A DNA stretch of 63,408 bases, filler included, from Octopus bimaculoides (GCF_001194135.2; 4 parts of 4 records of this genome joined end to end with filler, not necessarily neighbours in it); one strand, 5' to 3'. Counted from the first letter of the whole stretch, positions 10,819 to 25,809 are shown. The notes: a model not told the origin generated them from the letters alone. Numbers and translations: made by a program.

Positions 10819-13800
10819 TNNNNNNNNNNNNNNNNNNNNNNNNNNNNNNNNNNNNNNNNNNNNNNNNNNNNNNNNNNNNNNNNNNNNNNNNNNNNNNNNN
10901 NNNNNNNNNNNNNNNNNNNTATATATATACATATATATATACATGTTGTTTGTATGTCTGTGTGTCATTGAATAGGTAGGCCTGGAATATCAATAACAAT
11001 TACCATCTAAAGGCGAAAACAATTTGTCTGAAAACGTGCTAATAATTATCTCAACATTACTCACAATAAGAAATTAAATTATATTGTTGTGTGTTGAAAA
11101 AATTAAGAAGAGAAATAATTCCGTGTCAGATTACATCAAAGCGAATGTACAACACCATGTAAATACACGGTGCCACTACAATAAAAACTTGTCTGGTAAC
11201 AGTTTCTATTAAAACAAATATCTAGACTTGCCCAATAGAAGCAAATCTATTGAGACATATTTCATCTACTGAACGCAAATACCAAACACGCTGTTCTACT
11301 ATATATTGATCGGAAATTTTTCTTGGGGCTGCAGAATTGTGTTTAGGCAATCTCCTGAGAATCTTATCTGTATTTCAGTTAAAATATGTATAATAAATAG
11401 CTGAACATATACAGAAATAGCTTTTGTCGATGCCCATGTAATATTTGCCTCACCCATAAAAAATGCCTAAGCTAATGGTCTAACGGAGAACTAGGAATTT
11501 AGAAACGTATGTGCATACACACACACGCATGCTTTCATACACGTACACGAATTTTTTTCCCCCCACATTTTTGATAAATGTCTTTTAAAAGTTGTCGACA
11601 ATAGCTTGTTTGTTCGAGTATGTTTATTCACTGGAAATTTTGGCGTCTTACGATTCGGAATATCGTTCATACTGAGTTTCATAGAAATGTGAAGAAACAT
11701 ATATTTTTAATTCTGTTGATTCTCTCTCGAAATATTTTTATGGAAGTAAGGTTTTAATTAACATGATTATTGCAAATGAATTATATTTCGAATCAACAGG
11801 TTTTATTTCTCTTGTATACTAGTTTCATGACCATAATTATCTGTCAAGGCTTAATCAAGTTTCAATTCTATTGCCTTCAGAATTAGCTCAGACGTCGTTA
11901 AAATATCCAAAGCAATATACTAGCCTGGAATTTTATAGATGGAACTCAGTCTAGTAGAAATAATCTAAATAAAGACATAATATACACAATATATTAAGCG
12001 CGGCGCTGTAAAGTGCTCTAATATATTACAATCTGAGCACATTGTACTGCACTATAATGCAATAAGAATGACAGAAATTATTGCAGGTCACGAGAACTGA
12101 AATGGTTATTGGCACATTCGTGCAGAGCCATATTACCGAAATATCGCAAATATGCAAAATGTTAACTATATAAATGCATAGAATTTCAATAACTAAACGA
12201 AAGTAGGTGTTACCTATTCCCGCCACAAAGTGTGTTCTCAAGGTTATTCATCACAGAATTCCAAATTTACTACTGAAGCATAGATAAATTGAATTATTTT
12301 ATGTACCTGATGAGCTAGAAATTTGTTAAAGGTATATTGCTGAGAAAGAAGTAATTACCATCGTCCCTTTTTAGGTGTTAAGCTGAATGTTCCAGAGGCT
12401 TCCGTCACTTCGTAATTTTACCTGGATGTAAAGTAGTATCACGTTCTACGTCTGTGAATGCTTTTACTGAAAACATCGACTTTAAGAGAGGAACATCAGC
12501 ATTAATATTAGCGAGAAGTAACCAGCCCTAGAGGCTGAACAAAACCTACCAAATAACTTTAAACACCCTCCTATAACACACTCTACATATCTAATGATTA
12601 TAACTTCTGTAGGAGGCTCGTTCCACTCTAGCTAGAATGAAAAATTAAAATCACAATGCAAAAGGTGAAGGCATATTGACGCAAGGAAATATGTGTTGCA
12701 TGACACTATTACATGTTACAATAAAAAACTGTAACGACCCAGGAATATTCTTCAGTGCCTGTAAACATATTCGACAGCATAGCGGTAGAAAGGCTAGTCA
12801 TTTTCTATTAAGCGCTATGGAGACGGCTTTAATCATCATCTGAAGTAGCATAGGTCTCTAGATCCAGTATACATTTGAAGCTTTGTAAAATATACTTCAG
12901 CTATATTGAAGATCCGCAAAAAACATTTTAGATTTTAAAGCTTCCATTTTTTTTTCTTGTTTTTTTTTTTGAAAGTTAAGTCTCTTTAACCTGACTAGAT
13001 TTAGCACAGATCCTCGTGTTTGGAAAAGTATTACGTTACCCCTCCAAAAACAAAAACGTCAGTTGTTTAACTACAGCAGTAGAGGTATATGATTCTTGTC
13101 GATTGCTCTAACGTTTATATCTCCAATATTTCTACAATCAGAAAGACTCAAATTATACTTATATAGTGGATTGCCTGCGGAGGAAGGCACGGGAAACTCA
13201 ACTAGTTTTGAAAGAAACGTCACAGAAAGTAATTGGAACAAATGCATTACATGTGCTTTCGCTCTGTTAGTTTGCAAATTGCTTGCGGAGAATTTGTGTC
13301 GAATGCTTTGAGAATTTCTGTTACTAGTTTGCATTCGTGGCACTTCATAATTCCATACATGGATTATGCGTTTGCTTTAATGTAAAGACCATAACTTGTC
13401 AAAGCTACCAGATGCTCCCTATTGTGGTGTTTTATATATATCTGGTCTATTTAATCACACTGTTACAAGTGGATGCTGGATTCAATATTAACTTCAGTTT
13501 TGATATAGATGCTCCTAATGTAAGAACGCTTAGGACATTATCAAAATTGAGCCATCATGGGAGTAGCTAATGCCGCTTATAAGAGAATTGTTTCAGAGCT
13601 AATAGAAATTAAATCAACTGACATTGAAATATTGCACCATCAATTCTGTTCCTCAGAATGAAGGACACGCTACCATTTAAGTTACTAGGAAGCTGCATTT
13701 TCAACGATTGCATGTTTTTCTCATGGATGACGGCAGCATATAATATTTGGAAACAACTATCTCAGCAAGCTTATCAAGGTCCCTGAATACCGCGAAGTCT

Positions 13801-14972
13801 GTGTTGTCATTTTTTACACAAGTGGAAGATATGTATCTCGTGCACCTGAAAACTCTAAATACTGAAAGTATTTATGGTTCAGTATATCGAAATTGTTTGA
13901 CTCACGTCGACAGATCAGAGCCTACATATGAACATCTCCACCAAACCAACAACAAAGGCAACGATTCTAATTTTCAGGTATATCACATATGTTGGGTCGG
14001 TCATAAAATGAGTATCTAGCATGCATTGTCAACATATACACTAACGTTTTTTGTAAATATATTGCAGGAGTGGGTAGAGCAAATTGGTTCAAATTCTATC
14101 TGAAGGCTACTTTGAAAACAGGTTACCCTATCCTTTTCCGAAGCGATCATATCACAAGCCCCCAAGCATTTAAGTGGTCTCGTTTCTATGAGAAGATTTA
14201 AGATAGGCAGGGAAAGTGAGAAAACAAGCATGCACCCAAATGGAAAAGAGCTGGCCTCTCTAAGAAAACAAATAAATAAGTTAAAAGAAAAATGTATGTT
14301 TCATCTGTAACAGAGAAACTCTTCTTTGATTAGAATGTAAGTTCATAAGTAACATTTTTATGCTTGCCTCTTTGCTTGAGTAAATATACACTCTAGAGGT
14401 GATAAGCGTAGAAACTGTTTGCAACGTTCGCATGTTATTTTTAAAAAAATTCAGCTAATGACAAGGACTGCTACAATGCGTGAAGTTTTCTGAATTAAGG
14501 GAGACTTAACGTGGTATTTAGATATCATAGAATATTCAATTGTTTTTCAAATCACAATGCGGATCGTCTAGAAAAAGAAACGTAATAAATCGCGATAAGA
14601 GTTACGCAATGATACATAAGAAGCGAAAGAAATGATGGATATATTCCTAGGCAGAAATCATTTCTTCATAGCTTTGATCTGTCTGACTTGAGGAGAATAA
14701 ACAAAACAACTTCAACAGATAGACTTTTGAAGACAGCACAGATTGGCGATAACAAACTTTGTGGAAAATTATATCTTAGATTTTATTAATGAAATGTGCA
14801 TACTGCAACATGCGTTGTACATACAATTTATGCAGCAGTGATACACGAAAGTTAACATTCTTTCAAGCATGTAGGGTTTGACAACAGTAGATACATCAAT
14901 CACCCTCTAGTTCTTATCTTATATAAGGTACAGTAAACATCAAACACACATAGAGGCATACATAGACATACA

Positions 14973-15004
<32 letters not shown>

Positions 15005-15151
15005 CCACCATGCCCACCTAATTCCTATACATACGCACATTTATCGCCACACTCATCTAATTCCTATACATACACACAAATATTCGCTGGACAAAGTAAA
15101 AGCAAAACATAAATACTAATGAGTTTTGTAACATAGACTGGATAAGATTAT

Positions 15152-15569
15152 TACTCTTTACTCATTTTTTTTACTCTTTTACTTGTTTCAGTCATTTGAC
15201 TGCGGCTATGCTGGAGCAGCGCCTTTAGTCGAGCAAATCGACACCAGGATTTATTCCTTGTATGCCTTGCACTCCTTCTATCGGTTCCTATGCCAAACCG
15301 CTAAGTTACGGGGATGTAAACTCACCAGCATCAGTTGTCAAGCGATGTTGAGGAGACAAACACAGACACACAAGCACACACAGTTATGTATACATATACA
15401 TATATACGACAGGCTTCTTTCAGTTTCCGTCTACCAAATCCACTCACAAGGCTTTGGTCGGCTCGAGGTTACAGTAGAAGGCACTTGCCCAAGGTGCCAC
15501 GCAGTGAGAATGGAATCCGGAACAATGTGGTTCGTAAGCAAACTACTTACCACACAGCCACGCCTGTGC
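15152..15569 (-). mobile_element. tRNA-derived SINE, family C, with internal microsatellite
   Basis: Reverse complement ggcgtggctgtgtggtaagtag...ggcaccttgggcaag...gactgaaacaagtaaaagagt. Confidence 0.85.
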
Positions 15570-15790
15570 AAGTTTTGCAAGAGTACAACAAAGACTGGAA
15601 TACTCTCTAGCATCAACTTATAGAACGATTCAATCTAATAAATAACGTTTAAATTTGTAATTGTTGATCCTTCTGTATGAAATATTTTTACAAAATTCCT
15701 ATACATCCTATGAGTAATGTATTTTCTGCTGTACTGTTTCTTCTGTACTCCTGCTCTTTTATAATACATACACTCACAGACATATACAAA

Positions 15791-15848
<58 letters not shown>

Positions 15849-16143
15849 NNNNNNNNNNNNNNNNNNNNNNNNNNNNNNNNNNNNNNNNNNNNNNNNNNNN
15901 NNNNNNNNNNNNNNNNNNNNNNNNNNNNNNNNNNNNNNNNNNNNNNNNNNNNNNNNNNNNNNNNNNNNNNNNNNNNNNNNNNNNNNNNNNNNNNNNNNNN
16001 NNNNNNNNNNNNNNNNNNNNNNNNNNNNNNNNNNNNNNNNNNNNNNNNNNNNNNNNNNNNNNNNNNNNNNNNNNNNNNNNNNNNNNNNNNNNNNNNNNNN
16101 NNNNNNNNNNNNNNNNNNNNNNNNNNNNNNNNNNNNNNNNNNN

Positions 16144-16180
<37 letters not shown>

Positions 16181-19100
16181 ACGAGTGTCTGAAGGTGCAT
16201 TAGGGATTTGCACAGTGCTTTGAAATGTATGGTCAGGGTTTTACACTCACGATCGCCAGATTGTGGCATCGATTCCCAAAACAGCACTTCGATGTGTTTC
16301 CTTCAGGCCTCTCAGATGTAAATGGATAAATAGATAACCTTGCGACGGTTTAACTTTCCGCACAGGTATAAGATTTGTCCTGCCCGCTTAGCCAGCTTGG
16401 TGCCATTATTCGAAAGCTTAAACATTTCGAGTTGTGTATAACAATATCCGATAGTTTAGCCGAAACAGTGATACAGCGATACAGCAATATGTGAGAGAGC
16501 ATTCGACTACACGACCCCTGTAGTTGATTAGCATTTGCTTGTAGAAGTGAAGAAGGTAATATGGTCATGACTTCCACATCGTCTGTAAAGCGACACCACT
16601 GTAAGTCATTTTTGTCTGTTGTTTGGTGCGATACTTTTGTAGGCCATTGTGGCATTATTGATCTTCACCATCACATCATGAATCATTGTCGACATTAACT
16701 CATATCCGAGTTCACCTTGATGAGTACGACGTCTGCCGGTGTCTGAGGTCCCTGTTCAGGCCAAGGGTTGTATAAAACAGCGGGGGGGGAATTTATCACC
16801 TGGGAGGGTTGGCAGGGGAGGAGGAAATGCCCCGAGAGTAATCATCTCCCATTTCCTTCTTTAGTACAAACAAACAAATCAAATCTTGAAATTGGATATT
16901 CGTAGATCGTTGGAACATGATATATTTATCCCAGAATCCTTTGCACTATATATTTCAGTTTGCTTACTTTTACTGATTTAAAGAACTAAGAACGAATATT
17001 TTCTTCGTAATATAAAATTCGATTTCTTTTCCACCTAATTAACTTCAAAGGACAGAAGTAAATACAAACTTAAAATGGCAATGCTTCACTTGTTTTCTGC
17101 ATTTATTTGAAATATAATAACTACTGGGGCCAATTGGTGTATATATTGTAACATGAAATTGTTATTTTTTTCTGTTACTCGAATATTATATAAATAGATT
17201 CAACAGTAATTATAGAAAACCAGTAGCTTTGATCAGCATTCGATGTATAAAATGCGTACGCGCAGACACACACACGCACAGATACATACATGCATATACA
17301 CATAGAGACATATGTATGTTTATAATGTATAACTAGGTGTGTATATTATATATTAATACGCTTGCAAATACACACACACGTATAGCCAGATATAAAATAA
17401 CGTTTGTTGTTGATCTAGGAGAAGAAGAAAACTATTTCCATGATTTATGTAATATAATTATTAGGACATTTATGTGAGATACTCTTCAGATTTAGAAGCG
17501 ATATTTAAACATTTGTGGTTGAATTTCTCTTTAGTATTCTCCGTTATCTTTTATCGTCGCAATTTCTATATACAAAATCTATGCATAATAATAATGTGAA
17601 CACATACTATATGTGTGTGTATGTGTGTGTGCCAGTGTGCGTGTGCGTGTGTATTTATAGACAACTATGGGTATAATGATGATTCTCAAAGAAAAAAAGT
17701 CGTTTTGAAGAACTCATCTGATTATTTAATTTCCGCCCGTGGATACTTTAAAAGATGAAAATAGTCAATAATTTGTAATAGAAATTGAATGGAAAAGACT
17801 ACATTTATATGTATATATATATATATATATATNNNNNNNNNNNNNNNNNNNNNNNNNNNNNNNNNNNNNNNNNNNNNNNNNNNNNNNNNNNNNNNNNNNN
17901 NNNNNNNNNNNNNNNNNNNNNNNNNNNNNNNNNNNNNNNNNNNNNNNNNNNNNNNNNNNNNNNNNNNNNNNNNNNNNNNNNNNNNNNNNNNNNNNNNNNN
18001 NNNNNNNNNNNNNNNNNNNNNNNNNNNNNNNNNNNNNNNNNNNNNNNNNNNNNNNNNNNNNNNNNNNNNNNNNNNNNNNNNNNNNNNNNNNNNNNNNNNN
18101 NNNNNNNNNNNNNNNNNNNNNNNNNNNNNNNNNNNNNNNNNNNNNNNNNNNNNNNNNNNNNNNNNNNNNNNNNNNNNNNNNNNNNNNNNNNNNNNNNNNN
18201 NNNNNNNNNNNNNNNNNNNNNNNNNNNNATATATATATATATATATATATACATATATGTGTGAGTGCATGTGTACGCGCACGAAAGTGTGTGTGACTTT
18301 ATATTATATAAATTCTGTTCGTTTCCTTTAGGAAATATGTTTTGGTAATATATTGTATAGAAGTGTCACGTATGATTCCGTTTGAGAATGTTTATTTCTG
18401 TATAACGAAGAGATTTTTCAGGTATGAATGATGCAAGGAAACAAATCGGGAATGCTTGCGTTCATAATAATACCAGCTGTGATGTGGTTATGCTTTAGTA
18501 GAATATGTAGTAGGCTGTGTATTCTTTCCTAAACTATAAAATCTAGACAAGAGACAGAGCTGAAAGTTCGTTTATACCGACTATAATAAAGGTGGAAAAA
18601 GAAAATTGACATTTGTGTACTATACGGACGTCTTTAGGAATGTATTTATATACTCAGAACTTTTATACTATTTTGGGATGCCATAAAAAAAAGTTACAAT
18701 GCCACTATGAGTGTGCATTACCTGAGACCAAATCGTGTCTAGGATGGAAAGTTTGAGTCACTGGACTGGTAGAGTGAGCACGCAAAATTATTATGAAGCA
18801 GCAACATACTTATCATTTTAAAAAACAGGACTGGGTGCAATGGATAAATTAGTACTAGGACACCTCCGATTTTCAGATAAGTGATGGTCTCTGACGGTAG
18901 TTAATCCGTATAAATTAGGTGGGGAATTTCAAATTCTTGTGACCGCTTGTCTAGTTTACATATCATGTTTTGCCTAGTGTATTTTCCCTACATTATTTAC
19001 ACTGTCCTTGCTGGTGACAATACCAAAATCTTAGAGATCCCTGGAACATTTTATCTTGCACTTACCCTTACTTATATCTACTCGGGTAAGTGGACTATGA

Positions 19101-19649
19101 GAATCATTCCTAGTTTCAAACATAAACACCAACGTGCACCGATCTAAGATGAAGTAAAACTATTAAAAAAAAAAGCAAGAAAAGCGGACAGGGTGATTCG
19201 GTTCCTAAGTGGGTGATGTGATCAATAATTAATACATAATCAGCGGGTTACAAATATGCTGCAGAAATATTATAACATAGCTGATGATGACAAGGCAAAA
19301 TGGTTAATCCGTTAAGGTTTTCAATCAAAGACTAGAAAATCGGTGCTAAAAATATTATAAGGTAATAAAGCAGATAGGTCAGGATGAAAGAGAGTAAAAT
19401 ATGCTTACATGATTATGGCTTATCGGTGTGTTAATTCTAACAACGAAACATATGTCTAAGTGAATATTGAATAACCGATCCTCAACATAGAACGTCCGCT
19501 CGAAATTGAATATTGCTAATCTTGATTGCGTTGAGGAATTCTGTTCCCCAATATCTTTGCACCATTATTTCCTCTTTCAATAGAGATACCTAATATAATA
19601 AAACCTAATATGATATATTATCAACAGAAAATTCTCTAAGTATCGGTCG

Positions 19650-19708
<59 letters not shown>

Positions 19709-19977
19709 TTACACATACATATATATATATATGTGTATGTGCGTACACACACAAACACGCATACACACACACACCCACACACATACATACACACATATCT
19801 ATATGTGAGAAAGTGTATGTGTATTTATATATAATCCACGAGAGTAATGATGCATCATTCCATCTGCATATTGCAAAGAATGCCAACAATGTATAAGCGA
19901 TTCGCTGGTTGGTTATTGCAATCATACAGAAGGTAAAAGGAATCCAAGCCTATCCTAAGGAGAACATTCCTTCTCAG

Positions 19978-20031
19978 TCACCTTTACTACTGCTCCCAAT
20001 TTTCGTCGTCAAGCTAATTACGATGTTGGAG
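19978..20031 (+). CDS. Candidate phase 1-1 exon (xTFTTAPNFRRQANYDVG); could instead read on to TAA at 20126
   Basis: ttccttctcag acceptor, GAG|gtaatc donor, 54 nt, open frame. No homology recognised. Confidence 0.25.
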
Positions 20032-20167
20032 GTAATCCAACACCAGTGCACCAAGAAGATTGCTCCGATACAAGTGATAAACTACTGGGAGAGAACAGAA
20101 TCTCTAATTACCAGCGAAATGTATAAGATATTCAATTTTACATACAAACACAAATACCAACCTCCAT

Positions 20168-20267
20168 NNNNNNNNNNNNNNNNNNNNNNNNNNNNNNNNN
20201 NNNNNNNNNNNTTAATTAATTAANNNNNNNNNNNNNNNNNNNNNNNNNNNNNNNNNNNNNNNNNNNN
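20168..20267. other. Artificial scaffold spacer 44N-TTAATTAATTAA-44N
   Basis: Exactly 100 nt, identical to the other two spacers; the 12-mer has stops in all six frames. Confidence 0.95.
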
Positions 20268-20361
20268 GTTTAAAAAGCCACATCAGACGCCATGAAAGGG
20301 CCAAGGTGTAGGTGCAGGAGGTGGTCAAACTCTGTTTAAGGAGTAGACAACCACCACCACC
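20268..20361 (+). mobile_element. 3' tail of the same LINE family, cut by the assembly spacer
   Basis: aaaagccacatcaga...ggaggtggtcaaactctgt...agacaaccacca matches 61687-61770. Confidence 0.6.
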
Positions 20362-21269
20362 ATGTATGTATGTATGTATGTATGTATGTACGTATGTATG
20401 TATGCATGCATCAGTTAATATACACAATATTTAGATATGTGATACTATTAGTTTCATACTGTGAAAACACAATAAACTGGCAAGCTCTTATATAAAATCT
20501 TATGTTTCTAAGAAATCTTTCAAACTCAAATACACAATATGGGCAGCCTTTTTTTAAAAAAATTGAGAAAGGATGCTGGTCTTTGAAAAAAAACAACATA
20601 CAGGAAAAGACACTTGGTCTTTCAGAAAACCCAAGAAAGAATGAGACAAAGGTAAAGATAAAAAGTGGAATAAGAAAAAAGCAAATAGTGGAATGGGAAC
20701 AATGAAAAAGAAAAAGAAAACAAAACAAAAATTCGAGAGTTGCATCCTTTTGTCCATTCAGATCAGAATCAATATGGATAGCGTTTGAATCAGAGTTAAT
20801 ATAGTTGCTGTAAATTAATTCTACAAGGAAGAGGTCAAAGTCTGTAAGATTGCATGCTTAATGCGAATAGAATAGTGTGCTCCAGTCCAACAAATGAAGT
20901 TTGTCCAAATGTTTACATTTAATAAAAATTTCAAATCTTGAATTTAATAGACCCATGGAGTTCTTAGATCTGAAAAGAATATGAGATCTTTCAGTTAGAC
21001 TAAGCCTGCATCCATTAATATATGACATGGATCACTTCATAATGCTTCACCTAATGGTGCATAGTGTGCTATTGACCTTCAAATCCCTTATATGGTTAGC
21101 TAAATTTGTGGCTTTCTTTTTATCCATATGCTGGAAAGACGACTGGTAGTCTGCAGGTCATTTTCTAGAAGTTACCTTTGCATAAACCAACGTAATTTTT
21201 CATTTGGGTTTCCTTATTTTGGAGCATTGCTGTGACTTCAGCTGTATAAACCACTGAGCTAATCATGCA

Positions 21270-21315
<46 letters not shown>

Positions 21316-21685
21316 GTAAAAGGGTAAAGGTATTCATTGATTTTTACATTCATTTATCTGTGTTTGCATGGGTTAGATAAATGTATTATTAAGGCATTGA
21401 TTTTTCAAGTCAGTGATTTATTATTTGATGTAATTTCAAAGGTGTTTTTGCTTGTAGCTTGTGGTGTTCAGAGAATATGTAAAGAAACATGTCAATCACA
21501 TACACATTCATATATATATGTATGTACACACACACACACATGCTTGTACATACATGCATGCATATATACATACACACACGCACACATACATATATACATT
21601 AGAAGATGCTTACTCAAGGTGTCCTACAGTGGGACTGTATCTAAAACTCTGTGGACATGCAGACAGGAAGTGAACTTCTTAACCA

Positions 21686-22090
21686 CACAGCATGATTGTT
21701 GGGTAAGAAGTTTGCTTTCCAACCACATGGTTCTGGATTTGGTCCCACTACATGACACCTTGGGTCAGTGTCTTCTATTATAGCTTCGGGCTGACCAAAG
21801 CCTTGTGAGTGAATTTGGTAAACCAAAACTGAAAGAAGCCTGTTGTATAGATATGTGAGTGTGTGTGTGTGTGTGTGCGTGTGTATCTTTGTGTCTATAT
21901 TTGTCCCCCACCACCACTGGTGTGTTTACATCCCTGTAACTTAGCAGTTTGGTAAAAGAAAGCGATAGGATATGTACCAGGATTTAAGAATTAAGTACTG
22001 GGATTGATTTGTTCAACTAAAATTCATTAAGGTAGTGCCCCAGCATGGCCACAGTCTAATGACTGAAACAAATAAAAGACAATTATAAAA
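21686..22090 (+). mobile_element. SINE family C
   Basis: Collinear with the reverse complement of 15152-15569; internal (TG)n. Confidence 0.85.
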
Positions 22091-24650
22091 GACACACACA
22101 TATATAAATACAGCTAAAGTTCTCCAGTTCTCTAAGATGCTACAATTGCTAGGCTACACAATCTCTGATGATCTAACATAAAGTCTTCACATATCTAAAA
22201 TCGCCAAAATGTTTAAGCTACACTAATATTAGCCCTTTCTGAAAAATTTCACTCTTTTGCATGCATTCAGAGTATGTCTAAGGAAAACTCACGAGTTCCT
22301 CTTCCTTTCTCAGCCTTGGAGGCTTTGTAAAAGGTCAAGGGCTCTGACTTTTTTCCTCTGATTAAGTCAGAGGAAAATATAAAAATGCCAGCACTCTAAG
22401 TAACTGAAGTGTGATCCACATTTTATTAATGCAAATCTTAAGATGGTGAGTTGGTTGAATCGTGGGAACACTGAGAAAACATTCAGCTGTATTTGTTCTG
22501 GATCTTTACATTCCAAGTTCGAATCTTATCTGAGTCAACTTTACATTTCTTTCTTTTGAAATTGATAAAATAAAGAACCTGTGAAGTAATGGGTATTGAT
22601 TAATGTATTGACTAATCCTTTCCACTCAAATTTGCCAAAATCAGAGACCATTCTTGCATGCATTGATTAAACAGTGTTATGGTGTCTGGTCAGCTACAAC
22701 GAGTGATTCACAGATGCCATGCTTTTTCTTCTTACCTCTTCTACCACTTTTGCAATGGTTCACATTTCCATGAACTAGTGAGCTACACACGCCTTGTCAT
22801 ACACTCTGTCTTCTTTCATTATACATGCCGAGTTTCACTGTCTTGTTTTTCGTTAAAAATTTGCATAATTGTTTGACCCCAAAGCTGCATCTTTCTACCA
22901 CCAACAACTTTTTATATAGGTGTTGGCTTAGAGAAGTTAAACTGAATATCAATCATATGGCTTTTAGCAATTTAGAAGGGCCAACAGAAAACATTGAGAC
23001 TGACCCTTCTCTCTTGTATAATTAATAAAATATCAACTGTCAGAGTTCTAGAGCAGTACATCAATATATCATGCATGTTTCAATACACATATTAATAGAT
23101 ATGAGATGTATTCACACATACATACACACATTTAGGTATACATATAGCTATACATACAGGCACATATATGAACATGTATATCCCTATTATATTTACACAA
23201 TGCAGAAACACAAACACAAACATCCCTGCACCATACACATGCAAACACATATTCAGGGAATCATTAAAAAAATGTGAAAATATTTTCCTTCAAGATAAGT
23301 GGCAAAAATAATTAGTTGCAATATTTAGTATTTAATAGGGAGTGATGATGGAGGTGGTGATGAAAAGGAAGAAGAGGAGGGGTTTACTGTTCCATAAGTG
23401 AACCTGTCACATCTAAAGTGACACCAGCAACTTTTTCTAATCCTTCATCAACTTGTGATTTTTGGCCAAAATTGGAAAGTTTATCTTAAGTTTCTTTGGT
23501 GTTTAAGTTCTTTTTTAGTTGTAGAAGTATTCTGACAGGAAAAATTTAGTTTTATCAAGATATAGAAGCTAAAGATCGTGCTCCAACTTCATCAAACAAT
23601 TTTACTGATAGTGATGACAACACCACTGCCACAGCTGTTGCTGCCACCAACACTATGACTAACACTATTGTTGCAACTTTTGCTGCTGCTACTACCTTTG
23701 TTGCTGTTGCTACTGCCATTGCCACTTCCGATGAAGAAAATTTCATTGGCAATAGCAGTGATGGTGGTAGTGGTGCTGGTGTTGCTGCTACTGTAGCCAC
23801 TACTGTTGGTGCTGGCAATGATTTGGTAATAGATTAATCTCTTTCAACTCAAAGTCTTCTGTTATAATTGATCATTCTGTGCTGGAATCAACAGTCAATA
23901 TTCTTAAACAGAATTCCTTTTGCTTGTTTTATTTTTACAAATGAAATTTTCCTAATTTCGTTTTTATTCATATAAGTAGGGTTTCCATCATACCTCATAT
24001 CATAGGCAATATCCCACTTTGGAATTTCAAATTGAAATTCACAAAAATAGTGTATTTTCTAACAACAGCTTAATTCTTTCAAAACAGAATGTGATATGTA
24101 TACATTTTTGTTAGCTTTTACCATTTCTCTGTTTGATTCAAATTATTTTGATTGAATTTTCAAACACAACTGACACATAATAGCTGTTGTTGATAAATGT
24201 TTGAAATAGCTGTGTCAATAGGCTGATTAGACAACTTGTAAAGAGTTTGATGTTCTGTATCCCTTTGCCAATGTTGTACTGTATCCATGCCAAGATAACA
24301 CTTAACAGCCTAGTTCATGCATCAAGTGAAAAATGTCTATATTAAAATTACAAGACAACTTTCATTTATACTGCTGTATGTATCTCTTGCTTGGCTGTTT
24401 ATTGTCCATTTCCTATCGATTCATCATAGTATGTCTATCAAAGGTAGATTGGTTGAAATCATATTCATCTAACTGATTTGTCTGTCCTTATCTGAATCTA
24501 GTCATATCATGTAAGTTGGCAGCATACTTCTCATCAGAATATGCCGACTCTTATAAAACAGTCAATGTGAAACTGGCCATAACCAATCAGATTAATGTAC
24601 AATCAACAGGAAACTAGTAAAAGCAATAAATCTTTTGAACACTGCATACA

Positions 24651-25036
24651 TCATCATCATCATCATCATCGTTTAACGTCCGCTTTCCATGCTAGCATGG
24701 GTTGGACGATTTGACTGAGGACTGGTGAAACCGGATGGCTACACCAGGCTCCAATCTAATTTGGCAGAGTTTCTACAGCTGGATGCCCTTCCTAACGCCA
24801 ACCACTCAGAGAGTGTAGTGGGTGCTTTTACGTGTCACCCGCACAAAATGGTGTCTTTTATGTGCCACCCGCACAAGAGCCAGTCCAGGGGCACTGGCAA
24901 CGATCTCGCTCGAAAACCCTACAAGGCCAGTCAGGCGGTACTGGCAACGATCACGCTCAGGATGGTACATCTTATGTGCCACCCGCACAAGAGCCAGTCC
25001 AGGGGCCCTGGCAACGATCTCACTTGGCTTGCCGGG
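24651..25036 (-). mobile_element. Retroposon 3' end, family D, (GAT)n tail, with an internal tandem duplication
   Basis: Reverse complement of 32893-33146. gtgccacccgcacaagagccagtccagggg..ctggcaacgatctc occurs twice (about 24861 and 24976). Confidence 0.8.
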
Positions 25037-25250
25037 NNNNNNNNNNNNNNNNNNNNNNNNNNNNNNNNNNNNNNNNNNNNNNNNNNNNNNNNNNNNNNNN
25101 NNNNNNNNNNNNNNNNNNNNNNNNNNNNNNNNNNNNNNNNNNNNNNNNNNNNNNNNNNNNNNNNNNNNNNNNNNNNNNNNNNNNNNNNNNNNNNNNNNNN
25201 NNNNNNNNNNNNNNNNNNNNNNNNNNNNNNNNNNNNNNNNNNNNNNNNNN

Positions 25251-25287
<37 letters not shown>

Positions 25288-25809
25288 ACATCTACAATGT
25301 GTTTCACAAGCTGTGAAAATAAAAGGCACTTAGTGACCCCTGTAAAATGTGGTGATATCTTGTGGCCTATCATAGGAATATGATTTTACATTTACTCTTG
25401 AAAATGTACATTATATTGTTGTCTATGAAAAATGGATGGTGGATGGTCATTGGTGCATCTGTGTACTTGGCTGCTCTGCTTAAACCATATTCACCTTTAC
25501 CTTCTCCTATGCCAGAACATAGTAACAAAATAGCACTTAATAAGAGAGCCAATTTTTTTTACCTAAACCACATATGGAAAAGCTGAAAAGAAAACACACA
25601 CACACACATTCAATACCATGGAAAAGCATATAAGTGTATGTGCATATGTGCATGTATGTGCATGTGTGCTTGTACAGACATGCATATGCTTATATATAAA
25701 TATATATATATATATATATGGGAGAATATACAAAAAATAACAACAGACGAGGACAGGTGGTGTAAATAACAAAAGTATATATTAGTATGACGCTCGGGAA
25801 TACGGAAAG

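Noticed and set aside
13070-14250. LRR-like and GPCR-like snippets in several frames
   Set aside because: The matches are short, scattered across frames and interrupted by stops; no consistent domain emerges.
16350-16655. RFTDDV as an RT catalytic motif
   Set aside because: It is a single short motif without convincing neighbouring RT motifs.
23555-23837. Ala/Val/Thr-rich ORFs
   Set aside because: Low-complexity GCT/GGT/ACT trinucleotide decay, with no splice support.
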